From Malacoraja senta (lineage: Eukaryota): a DNA stretch of 64,000 bases. The DNA is taken from NCBI GenBank assembly GCA_038087875.1, contig JAXLNO010002693.1, forward strand, positions 1 through 64,000, read 5' to 3'. The notes under the pieces were generated by a model, which was not told the DNA's origin, did no database searches, and saw only the letters and a program-made list of their open reading frames with translations. A program made the position numbers and the translations under genes. Position 1 is the stretch's first letter. Every line of letters begins with the position of its first letter. This document shows positions 37,144 to 48,700 of the stretch, one piece after another.

Positions 37144-37618
37144 AGATGGGCTGCTGTAAGACCGGCCCCGCGCATACCGAGATAATTATAATTGTTTTCT
37201 CTCTCGTGCGAATAAAACTGATTTAACTTAACGGACGAGTGTGCCTTCTTTCTGTTCTACTAGTCAGATACTTGAACCTGTTCCCTTGTAACACCATCGG
37301 GGTACATGTACAGAGTTCCCTGAAAGTGACGGCGCCAGTAGACTGGCCGTGCATTAGACATTACAAATGCTTGCTTTCACCGGTCATGGTATTGGATTTT
37401 AGATATGGGGATAAAGGTACAGCTGTGTAGGATGTTGTTGAGACATAATTTAAAGCATTGTATGCAGTTCTGGTCGCCAATACTGTAATGGGGGTGGCTC
37501 TAACACATTGATGGGGTTAAAAAGCCTAAAAACAGGTTGTCGTGTCTGGTCGGGTCGTGAAGCGGGCGTGACGCGTGGTGAGGCGTGGTTACGCATGCAG
37601 TGACGCGCGGTGCTTCCC

Positions 37619-37661
37619 TGTCGCCCCAGGATTTTGGAATGTTCAAAATCCAGGGGCGACA
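37619..37661. repeat. Hairpin from the interior of a Harbinger-like MITE
   Basis: tgtcgccccaggattttg gaatgtt caaaatccaggggcgaca. Confidence 0.6.
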
Positions 37662-38177
37662 TTTGGGTGTCTCATCATGTCGTGTGCCCTGTCATACGCA
37701 TCGTATGTTGTCCTGTGGGTGACGCCCGGTTAGAGTTTAGGGTTGGGGTTAGGGACCACAGATGGGCTGCAAAGCAATCTTCCTTCCATGCATGGACTTT
37801 AAACATTAATATATTAAAATGAATACAATAAAATCAATTGTGCAAATGAAAAGATGTCCGAGTCGTTCAGGTTTATCTATAGATGTATTGGTCCGCTACC
37901 AGATCCAATCACCGTCTCTATAACTTTTCAAAGGGATGGATTCAGTGAGTGTAGACTGAACTCGCCTCACCCCACTTCCCCCTCCCGCCACCATCCCTCC
38001 TTATCCACTCCCCTACCCTTCCCCACTCCCCTGTCCCCCTTCCCTTCCCCCCTCTTACTCCCTTCTCCCCGCTCCACTCTTCTCCCCCTTTCCCCACTCC
38101 CCTCTCCCCTCACATCCCCTTCTCCCACTCTCCCTCCCTTCTCCCATTCTCCAACCCCCCCCCCACCGTTTATTACA

Positions 38178-38268
38178 GCCGTTGGATTAACCGGCGGGTT
38201 TGTTGAAACCGTTGGATTATCTGGCGGGTTTGTTGAAGCCGTTGGATAATCTGGCGGGTTTGTTGAAG
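38178..38268. repeat. 30-bp tandem repeat, about 3 copies
   Basis: ccgttggattatctggcgggtttgttgaag. Confidence 0.9.
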
Positions 38269-40149
38269 TTGATTTAGTTCGGAAAGACAATTCTATTTGA
38301 GCTATAAAGCAACAGAGAAAATGATTCGGGTTAATCTCACCGGAGTAGACGGAGTGGGAGTCATAACGAACTGTGGGTTCTGCAATTTTGAGCAAACGCA
38401 AACTGCTGTTTGAATTAGGCGGGCCAAGCAAAATGTGTGGAAGGAATCGAAAGACGACACTTCAAGGTCCGATACGAAATGTTGCCTATGCATTCCGACT
38501 ACCGATGCTGCCTGACCCGCTTAGTTCCTCTAGCAATTCGTGCTTAGACCGAGTGGGAGGCTGTATTGATACTTTGCTTAAGCAACTGTCGTTTGAACTG
38601 GTGGACCGTCGTACATGGTGACACAACGAACAGCAGATGTTACCAAAACGAAGAAACACAAAGTGCTCGATTCTGGTCAGGCAATCTCACTGGAGGACAT
38701 TGATAGGTGGGGCTATCTTTGTTCTTATATGTAGATGTTTATGCTTCCAGCGCCATGAGTATTTATTGCATTGGCGGACTGTACGCCATGTCTTCTCACA
38801 TCAATTCCTCAGGTACAGTGCTTCTTGTAGAATTGGGTGGCGTTACCCCTACTTTGTCGAACATTGATCGGAGAGAGATGGATCCCACTCATCCATCCTA
38901 TCCACAGAAGCAGCTTGACCCGCTGAGTTATTTCGGTTCTCTGTTTTGATCAATATTTAACCATCGTTATTTTATACAAGAAACACGCGGCGGTCACCAT
39001 TCGAACTGACATTTCCGTGGTTAGGGAACGGGACTGCCTGTAGTTGAGGATTGGAGGCGGAGTAGGGCGGCGGTGGTTGTGCAGACGTTTCCATGTACAA
39101 TGCAGGAACTCAGCCTGAACTGGCGCCCACTAAATCTCACTGCTCATTGTTTTGATCGCGATTCTCACAGAGATAATGCGCCGCAGTGGCGCATCCGGGA
39201 GGGCTGCTGGCTCTTGGAACCAGAGCCCCGCATTCGGCCCTGACCTCCGGTACTGTTTGTCTCACGCTTACACGTTCTCCCCGAGGTCACTCGCGTGTAG
39301 TCCGGGTGAGCCGGGATCCCCCCACATCCCAAGCAGATTAATGTTTGGAGGTTAATTGCCCTTTGTAAATCGCCCGCAATATGCAGGGAGGTGATGAGAG
39401 AATGGGTTAAGAAAAGATCCCGTGAACGAGAATTTGATGGTCAACGGGGTCACGGTGGGCCGAAGAGCCGGCTTTCAAGCTACATATTTTGATGATTAAA
39501 TGATATAGACACGACTGGAGCTCCCACAGCTTCACATTCCCACACAACCCCGGAATATACTGAGTGAAGAAGCATTCAGATCCGACACGTCGCATGTCCG
39601 TTCCCGACACAGCAGCTGCGTGACCGACTGAGTTACTCAAGCACATTGTTATTTATTATTGTTCTCTAACGTGTTCCCAATATTTCACGGGAATTCAATC
39701 TCATTCATTATTGATGGATGACGGGAAACAGCCAATATGTGATTTGCTTTTCTCGAAACGAATTAGCCAGCAATGTGTGCATCTCCGGATTGATTCTCGA
39801 TTAAATGAAAGTAAAATGTCATTTTATCTCTAGCTCTCTATCTCCTGTTGTTCGTACGGACTTAGTTTCCTTTCCGTAATTCTTTCTGTCATGATTCTGC
39901 AGTATTATTTTCTGTGGTGTTTATAATCGAAAACCATGGATTTTTGCACGAGCATTTTTATTAACCTTTTTCATTTCATTGCTAAATAGACTCTTTGTGA
40001 TGATTATGTGAAATCTCTCTCGTTGGGACATGGGCCACAACGAACCAAACCGAACCCCCAGCAAAGCCTTTCTTTCGACAACAGAGAGCCTTCAGAATCA
40101 TGGAATAATTACGATCACTGTTTAAATTCGTTGGTGCATGTCTCTGCAG

Positions 40150-40740
40150 CTCACCACCATATCATATTTCATTCTTTCCTCGTAAACCTGATGGCGATCG
40201 CGGCCATGGTGGCGCAACGGTAGAGTTACTGTCTTACAGCCCTTGCAGTGCCAGTGACCCGGGTTCGATCCCGACTAGGGGTATTGTTTGTACTTTCTCC
40301 CCGTGACCGCGCGGGTTTTCTCCGAGATCTTCGATTTCCTCCCATACTCCAAAGACGTACAGATTTGTAGGTTAATTGCTTGTTGTATGTGTAAATTGTC
40401 CCTAGTGCGTAGGATAGTGTTAGTGTGCGGGGATCGCTGGTCGGTGGGCCGAAGGGCCTGCTTCCGTGCTGTATCTCTAAACTAAAAAAACTTATCCGGC
40501 GGCAAGTGTGGTCTCTCCAAAATGCATCACTCGTTACCTGGTGGCCATGGCGACGGCGGACTTCTCCGTGAAAGTGTGCGACGTGATGCTTCATATATTT
40601 GGTGACCTCTATTGGCGAGGATTTGCCGTGTTCTACACTCCCGTGTGCAGATTCATTATCTTTCTTGCTCATCTAGCTATTGACTGTTCTATTTGGATCA
40701 CGGTCGCTTTCACCATTTGATCGATTTGTGGCCATTCGCA
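40150..40740 (+). pseudogene. GPR139-like rhodopsin-family GPCR pseudogene fragment (TM1-TM3)
   Basis: VNLMAI [SINE] LSGGKCGLS/KCITRYLVAMATADF...TPVC...DCSIWITVAFT/DRFVAI; two +1 frameshifts. Confidence 0.8.
40200..40487 (+). mobile_element. tRNA-derived SINE (HE1/V-SINE-like) inside the GPCR pseudogene
   Basis: ggtggcgcaacggtagag A-box-like, gggttcgatccc B-box, tail ctgtatctctaaactaaa; related copies at ~22070-22330(-), 23540-23880, 30300-30600(-), 42335-42540, 47650-47970, 50030-50280, 54240-54345(-), 54630-54845. Confidence 0.8.
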
Positions 40741-42160
40741 CAATACAACAGGTCAGGAAATGTGGGACACGTACACAGCGCATCATGCCGTAATGTGCAT
40801 TGACTGAGTGTGTGTTAGATTGCATGGACACCCCCGCGTATGTACGCGCGTATAACCCAGATGAACCGTGATGCGCCTATCAGGTCGTGTTCTGGACTCG
40901 CGAATGGCCCCATCCGATGACCACCAGATGGTCACCAGACGCAGTCACGGCGATCTGTTGCAATCGGGGCTTGTGATAATAAAGTGACAATTTGGAACTT
41001 AAGAGCACATTTCTGGCCTTGAAATAATTGGAGTCTATGATGCACTAAAACGGTAAGGGAATGAACTGCAGATGCAAAGAGAGTCTGGAGAAGTTTGCAA
41101 GGGTACCTGTCACGATTTATTCCGAACAGCTGTCACAGAGGACTCTGCGATTTACGGACTGTTCCCAGGAACGCATTCAAAGACCGACACCGAATGCTGC
41201 TGGGAGGTCATCAACTCGGTGAAAGACGCTCCTTGGTGTGCCTGAGCTTTGTTGACCTCCCAGCAGAGCGAGATGTCCGTCGGGGAATGTTGGCGACTGA
41301 CCCGCTGCAGACTGCAGGAGTGCAGCCAACATCAAGGCTCTGTGGGGGAGGACCATGGTCTAGGGTCTTTCACCTGCTGGACATGGGGGGCAGGGTGTGA
41401 TAGAGACGCCCCTCAAAATAAGGGAAGGGATTTCACGCCAGTGGGCCACATGAGTGGCAAGGGTGGGAGGTAAAATTGCGTAATTTGTGTAAACAGCATT
41501 GAATCTATGTTTAGCCTCCGAGAATGTCGGATGGAGTTACAAGACCTTACAAGTTCATGTATTGTATATATTTATTTCTCGAATAAAGTATATTTTGAAA
41601 TAAAAAAATCTTGACGCACCGTGACTGTTTCCACCATTCACAATAATCGCAGTCGTTTTCCCCACAAACGAGGTCTGCGTAGGCGGAACCATTTCCATGT
41701 AAAGACCCAGTCAAATATTGCGATTTCTCAATTGATGGCAGATCCTCCCCAACTGCCCTGATATCCACGCCACTCCACTGAGCGAGAGTGCATTTGAATT
41801 ATCTTCCAATCTCCGATGTTTTGTTTACATGACGGACAAAACCCTGTAGAGTTAGCTTATTCGACAAGATAATTTGTGGGCCATTGTTTGCTTATATTTT
41901 CTTTGATTTTGGAGATAGATTTTGAAGGTGAATCTCAGTATTAATTTGAATTTGAAACTCATGGCTGCCTGAACCTGTCGCGATTATGGTAATGTTAGCC
42001 GTTGGTACCAATAATGTTTATGTACTTTGCATAAGTATATGATTTTAAATGTTAGTGAACGTCTGACTGTTCACGTGGTGACGGCAACGCTGAAACTACA
42101 CAGAGTGAACGGTGCTCGGTCTAATATTGTTTCCACCGGAGACAGAAAAAAACGCCATAC

Positions 42161-42231
42161 TCCCTGACCACGAATCGAATCCAGGCAGCAGCGGTTTGTG
42201 CGCAGAATACAAATCACCAGACCACTTGATA
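42161..42231 (-). pseudogene. Decayed tRNA-Glu-like pseudogene
   Basis: tatcaagtggtctggtgatttgtattctgcgcacaaaccgctgctgcctggattcgattcgtggtcaggga is collinear with tRNA-Glu TCCCTGGTGGTCTAGTGG...GGTTCGATTCCCGGTCAGGGA; anticodon loop destroyed; T7 run about 8 nt downstream. Confidence 0.7.
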
Positions 42232-42549
42232 CACTGCTGCAACTCATGAAATTCCAAACCTATTTTGCCGGCTAGCTGAGGTTAAAGTTCATCCCGCTGC
42301 ACTCTTTATAGAAACAATTAACACATTTGTCGGCACAGTGGCGCAGCTGCTGCCTCAAAGCTTCAGAGACCTGGGATCAATCCAGTACTCGGGTGATGTC
42401 TGAGTGGTGTTTTCGAGTCTCGCTGTGACCGTGTCGGTATCGTCCAGGTGCTCTGATTTCCTCCCGTATCCCAAATACGTGTGATTGTTTAGGTTAAATG
42501 GCCTCTGTAAACATGCACCAAGTGTGTAAGGAATAGATGGAACATGTAC

Positions 42550-44215
42550 TTTGTATCTGTCTTCACTAAGGAGGACACAAACAATCTTCCTGATATAGTA
42601 GTGGCCAGAGGATCTGGGGTGACAGAGGAACTGAAGGAAATCACATTAGGCAGGAAATGGTGTTGGATAGACTGATGGGACTGAAGGCTGATAAATCCCC
42701 AGGGCCTGATGGTCTGCATCCCAGTGTACTTAAGGAAGTGGCTCTAGAAATCGTGGATGCATTGGTGATAATTTTCCAATGTTCTATAGACTCAGCATCA
42801 GTTCCTGTGGATTGGATGGTAGCTAATATTATCCCACTTTTTAAGAAAGGCGGGAGAGGGAAAACAGGGAATTATAGACACGGTTAGCCTGACAAAGGTG
42901 GTGGGGAAGATGCTGGAGTCAATTATAAAAGATGAGATAGCCGAACATTTGGGTAGCAGTAACGGGATCGGTCCGAGTCAGCATGGATCTACGAAGGGGA
43001 AATCATGCTTGACTAATCTTCTGGATTTTTTGAAGATGTAACTAGGAAAATGGACAAGGGAGAGCCAGTGGATGTAGTGTACCTGGACTTTCAGAAAGCA
43101 TTTGATAAGGTCCCACATAGGAGGTTCTTGGCAGACATGAAACAAAGAGTAGGGATTAACGGGTCCCGTTCAGAATGGCAAGCAGTGACTAGTGGGGTAC
43201 CGCAAGGCTCGGTGCTAGGACCGCAGCTATTTACAATATACATCAATGATTTGGATGAAGGCATTCAAAGTAACATTATCAAATTTGCAGATGACACAAA
43301 GCTGGGTGGCAGTGTGAACTGTGAGGAGGGTGCTATGAGAATGCAGGGTGACTTGCACAGGTTGGGGGAGTGGGCAGATGCATGGCAGATGAAATTTAAT
43401 GCGGATAAATGTGACGTTACCCACTTTGGTAGCAAAAACAGGAAGGCAGATTACGATCTAAATCGCGTCAAGTTGGGAAAAGGAAAAGTACCACGGAATC
43501 TGGGGGTCCTTGTACATCAGTCTATGAAACTAAGCATGCAGGTACAGCAGGCAGTGAAGAAAGCGAAATGCATGTTGGCCTTTATAACATGAGGAATCGA
43601 ATATAGGAGCAAAGAGATCCTTCTGCAGTTGTACAGAGCCCTAGTGAGACCACACCTGGAGTATTGTGTGCAGTTTTGTTCCCCTAATTTGAGGAAGGCC
43701 ATTCTTGCTATTGAGGGAGTGCTGCGTAGGTTTACAAGGTTAATTCCCGGGATGGCGGGACTGTCATATGCTGAGAGAATGGAGCAGCTGGGCTTGCACA
43801 CTCTGGAGTTTAGAATAATGAGAGGGGCTCTCATTGAAACATGTAAGATTGTTAAGGGCTTGGACACGCTAGAGGAAGGAAACATGTTCCCGATGTTGGG
43901 GGAGTACAGAACCAGGGGCCACAGTTTAATAATAAGGAGTAAGCCATTTACAACGGAGACGAGGAAACACTTTTTCTCACAGAGAGTGGTGAGTCTGTGG
44001 ATTTCTCTGCCTCAGAGGGCGGGGGAGGCAGATTCTCTGGATGCTTTCAAGAGAGAGCTAGACAGGGCTCTTAAAAATAGCGGAGTCAGGGGATATGGGG
44101 AGAAGGCAGGAACGGGGTACTGATTGGGAATGATCAGCCATGATCACATTGTATGGCGATGCAGGCTCGAAGGGCCGAATGGCCTCCTCCTGCACCTATT
44201 GAATATTGTCTATTG
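42550..44215 (+). mobile_element. CR1-like LINE RT-to-tail fragment
   Basis: [51 protein letters not shown]; tail cctattgaatattgtctattgtc. Confidence 0.92.
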
Positions 44216-45182
44216 TCTGTTGAAAGAGTTATAACATGGAAAGACAGTTCCAACGATGGTCGGCGTGGATTCGGTGGGTGAGGTCCTCAGGAATGAATTT
44301 CATATGCCAAAACAAGGCAGATGAAGGTGAGAGGAACTGAAAATATTGATTGAAGATGGCTCCTTACACATCCTTCTGTCTTTGCTTGCAATTTACTTCA
44401 TATAGAAATCACGCACATTTCTCGATCAAAACATCGCAATAACTCCCATTTTCACGACACTGCCGAAGCAACTGCCCACTGCCTTTCGCATTTGGACGGA
44501 TGCCGTTAATAATGTGATGCTTTTTAGAATCATAGCATCATAGAGTCTAACAGCGTGGAAAGACACCCTTCGGCCCAACTTGCCCACACCAGCCAACGTC
44601 TTCCATCTACACTAGTCCTACCTGCATGCGTTTCGCCCATATCCATCTACATCTATCATATCCATGTACATGTCAACATTCTTCTTAAACTTTGTGATTG
44701 TACCTGCCTTAACTACTCCCTCCGGCAGTTCGTTCCATACGCCGACCCCTCTTTGTTTGAAAAAGTTACCCTTTAGGTCTCTATTAAATTATCCTCCCCA
44801 CTCTGTGGTTCTCGATCCCCATAATCTGGCCATGAGATTCTGTGAGTTTACCCGATCCATTTATTTTGGGTATATGCGCACTATTATTGTTTCGTTTAAC
44901 AATCTCAGGCTTCGCACCTCCACTACCGGTTACCAGAACAAGTGTGCCTTCCTCAACCACGGTTTATGCAACTACTCTCGGGGGGAAAGCTGCATTCCTG
45001 CTACGTGTATTTCAATTGGCTGAGACCCCGCTGCCCACCCACATCTCTGACTCCATCACCGAGGGGGACAGGGCAGTGACAGCGAACACCCAGAGACCAG
45101 CAGACGCTCTTTGACTGAGAAAACGCTCCAGTTTGTGTCTCTTCAAGTTCGGAACTCAGCTAGTATAGAGTGGACGGGGATA

Positions 45183-45228
45183 ATGCGTTTCATCGGCATC
45201 TGTGTTCTGTGGGGAGTGTTTCTGACAG
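45183..45228 (+). CDS. TCR alpha/delta V segment leader exon
   Basis: MRFIGICVLWGVFLT + G|gtaatt, phase 1. Confidence 0.85.
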
Positions 45229-45346
45229 GTAATTCTGGATCAACATTTTCAGTTCCCCTCGCCTTCCTCAGTCAGGTTTTAGCTTTGGAAGTGCAATCTC
45301 ATGGCTCTCCGGTGTCTGTTACTATCTCAATATATTTATCTTACAG

Positions 45347-45653
45347 TCAGGATTCACGGAGAATCTGTCACTCACCTTCTGCCCTCGGCGACGAATACAA
45401 AAGGAGAAGCGGTTACTTTAACCTGTAACTATGATACCACGTCGACTGGATACACTTTATTCTGGTACCGACAATATCCAGGCCGGCAGCCCGAGTTTAC
45501 TATGTTGAAAAACACCAACAACTATGAAGATAAGGCCCAAAACGCTGATACTCGTTTCTCTATTGAGCTCAATACCGCAACAAAGTTCACCAGCTTCAGT
45601 ATCTCAGGGCTGGATCCCAGGGACTCTGCAGTCTATTACTGCGCACTGTGGCG
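45347..45653 (+). CDS. TCR alpha/delta-type V exon (TRAV/TRDV-like), open frame
   Basis: Acceptor ttacag|TC in phase with the leader; RIHGESVTH...GEAVTLTCNY...LFWYRQYPGRQPEF...RFSI...DSAVYYCALWR. Confidence 0.9.
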
Positions 45654-45692
45654 CACAGTGATGGAATCAATTAACGCCTTTGTGTTGCTTTC
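45654..45692 (+). other. Defective RSS: consensus heptamer, non-consensus nonamer
   Basis: CACAGTG at 45654-45660; after 23 nt the sequence is GTTGCTTTC rather than ACAAAAACC; no nonamer at 12-nt spacing either. Confidence 0.85.
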
Positions 45693-45959
45693 TGCTCCGC
45701 TGATGCAGTTGGACGTGCCTGCTTTCCCTTTCTCTCTCAGTTGTCGGTTGCTTTCATTCTGTGCAGGTGTCCTGGTGGTTTTGATGTTTCGAACTGCGAG
45801 CTGCTTCTCCGGAATCCGTTTCCATATCATTAGCCGCTCGCTGCAGAGAATTGCAAGAGCTCTTACGACACTTGGCAGCGGGATGGGAAATGTGACCAGA
45901 GATCTGAAACGTTTGTCTTGTTTCACTCTCTCTCGATCCTGGATAACCTGTTTATTATT

Positions 45960-47040
45960 ATTATTATTTTTAAAATATTTTTATTTTATTAGAAGTAAGT
46001 ACAGTAATGTGGTACCAAGGTGCCTAATGTATATTGACTTGTTACATTTTATGTACAGCTTCATATTTTGTTACCTTTACAATAAAAGAGAAAAAGAAAG
46101 AATAGGTAATAAAGAAATAGAAAAGCGTGTGATGTCTAGATGTGTGAAAAGGAAAAGGGAGGAAAGAGGGGAAGAAAAAAAGAGAGAGAAAAAGAGGAAG
46201 TAGAGAGTAAGAGATTGTCGGAGATAGTTATTTATATTCTTGACCATCCTTCACCCAGTCCTGAAACAGTTGGTTTCTATGATTTTGTTGCACCATATGC
46301 TTCCAAGAAATCGATAAACGGAGACCAACTCGTTAAAACTTGGTCTGTTTTATCTGTTAGGAGGAATCGCATTTCTTCAAGATGTGCGGTTTCCAACATG
46401 TTTGAAATCCACATTTTAAGCTTTGGTATGGGCGTATTTTTCCAAAATTTAATTATATTTTTTTGCCGTTATTAACCCATAATTAACAAATGAATTTTGA
46501 AATGTGTTCAGTTTGTTCCCTTCTTCCGTTACTCCAAGTATAATTATTTCAGTGTTAGGCTCCATTTTTATCTTGAATAATTTTGTAAATATTTCAAAGA
46601 TGTCGCTCCAGAATTTATGAAGATTTATGCAGGAAACAAAAGAGTGTGTTATGGTGGCATTTTGAGATAAAGATTTATCACAAATGGGAGAAGTATTTGG
46701 CTAACATTTATTCAATCTAGTTTTGAATAATATAATCTATGTAGAATTTTGAATTGAATTAAGTTGTCTTACGTTAATCGAGCATTTGTGTATATATATC
46801 AAATGTTTTTCCCATGTTTCATTCGTGATTTTTATCATTAATTCTCGTTCCCAATCTTCTCTAAGTGCCTCTGTCGATGGTAGTTCAATGTTTAAAATAC
46901 TATTATATAAATATTATATTAATTTCTGTGTCAGCCGTAATATTCATTGCTTCTTCCAGTGGATCTAAAGTTAAAGTTTGATATCTTTGTATATATTTGT
47001 TTGGATAACCTGTTTATAACTGCAGAATTTTCTGTTTTAA
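45960..47040 (-). mobile_element. L1/Tx1-like LINE ORF2 C-terminus and 3' UTR
   Basis: Minus strand IIILG...NYGLITAKK...MWISNMLETAHLEEMRF...WSPFIDFL and A-rich tail. Confidence 0.75.
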
Positions 47041-47447
47041 TTATAGAAACGAGGGTGTCACTGGATGGAGGATGGGCTGGCCCGGAATTGTCAGAATTAC
47101 CAATTCTTCATTACCGACACCCTGACAGGCTTCCTCATTTCAGGTGGTGGTTGGCCTTCAGTAATAGCAGCAATATCGTCGGGGACGCGGGAAGAATAGG
47201 AAGAGTCTATAAACCAAAATATACTACCGCAAATGGCGGATTAGCAGTAATGCAGACGGGTAGTTCACCATTGGGCCCTGCTGAGTAATCCAGATCTGAG
47301 TCGCTGGATATATCACTGGACACCAGATGCATAGCCACAGCAACCGCTAAAGTAACAAACAGTTGTTATAAATGCCCGGATGGATATTCACGTGAGGGCA
47401 GTAAAATTAAACGCCTGGCGCCTTTCCCAATGGGCGACTGCATAAAT

Positions 47448-47455
47448 ATGCAAAT
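47448..47455. promoter_or_regulatory. Perfect Ig/Oct octamer ATGCAAAT (ATTTGCAT on - strand)
   Basis: Directly visible, adjacent to tgcataaat; function unproven. Confidence 0.35.
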
Positions 47456-48019
47456 ACCTTAAAGCAGTAATTACTGTTATTGCTCAATGAGCCGGTACTG
47501 AATTGATTATCTGCGTCGATATATTCTGGGAATTCCTCCACAACAACAGCATGACGCCGCCTTAACTAGAAGGTTGTTCCAGATCATAGCTCTACTATAC
47601 CCCCTCGAGGGGCTACGCAAAAACGATAGTTTGAGCAGGGTAGGACTAAATTAGGCGGCATAGTGTCGTAGCGGCAGAGTTGCACCCTTACGGTGTCAGA
47701 GATCCGGGTTGGAACCTCAGTACTGGTGCTGTCTGTATCGATTTTGCACGTTCTCCCTATGACTGCCTGGATTTTCTCCGGGTGCTCCGGGTGCTCCGGT
47801 TTCCTCCCAGACTCGTACATAATTATAGTTTATTTTTAACGTCTGTAAATTGTAACTTGTCTCTAGCTTGTAGGATAATGCTACTGTATGGAGTGATCGT
47901 TGGTAAGCGAGGATTCTGTGGGACGAAGGGCCTGTTTGCACGGCGGATCTCTGATATCTTAAGTCTATATTCGTTAGGCGCAGGAGGCTGAGTGTATGAA
48001 ATCATTAGCGGATTGGACA

Positions 48020-48700
48020 ATGTGAACGAACCCTGTCTTTTTACCAGAGTTGATGAAATTTTAGAACCAGAGGAATTAGGTTAAAGGTGAGAGGGGAAAT
48101 ATTTAACAGGAACGGGAGGGAAATCTTTGCACTTGAGAAGATGATATGTATCACCTGGGTGGTCCGTGTTCATCACTCACTGAAAGTAAGCATGCAGGTA
48201 GAGCAGGCAGTAAAAAAAACTAATGGCACGTTGGCCTTCATAACAAGAGGAATTGAGTATAGGAGCATACAGGTCCTTCTGCAGTTGTTCAGGGCGGTTG
48301 GGCTTATACACACTGGAATTTAGAAAAATGAGAGGGGATCTTTTTGAAACATAAAAGATTATTAAGGGATTGGACACGTTGGAGGCAGGAACCATGTTCC
48401 CGATGTTGGGGAGTCCCGAACCAGGGGCCACAGTATAAGAATAAGGGGTAGACTATTTAGAACGGAGATGAGGAAAACTTTTTCACCCAGAGAATTGTGA
48501 ATCTGTGGAATTCGCTGCCAAAGAAAGGAGGCCAATTCTCTGGGTGTTTTAAGAGGGAGTTAAACAGAGCTCTTAAAGATAGCGGAATCAGGGGATATGG
48601 TGAGAAGGCAGGAATGAATGTGGATGATCAGCCATGATCACAGTGAATGGCAGGCTCGAAGGACCGAATGGCCTACTCCTGCACCTAATGTCTATTACCT
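48020..48700 (+). mobile_element. CR1-like LINE 3' fragments
   Basis: KVSMQVEQAVKK...; tail ctactcctgcacctaatgtctatt. Confidence 0.85.

Larger units (their letters stand above)
35380..37293 (+). mobile_element. Probable solo LTR carrying Helitron insertions and a G-rich tract
   Basis: Begins TGTTATG, ends TGTAACA; TATAAA at 37017, AATAAA at 37211; flanks ccctc / ccatc form an imperfect 5-bp TSD. Confidence 0.55.

Noticed and set aside
41620-41770. Minus-strand HGNGSAYADLVCGENDC as a C-type lectin or GPCR remnant
   Set aside because: Too short and degenerate; no supporting neighbouring motifs
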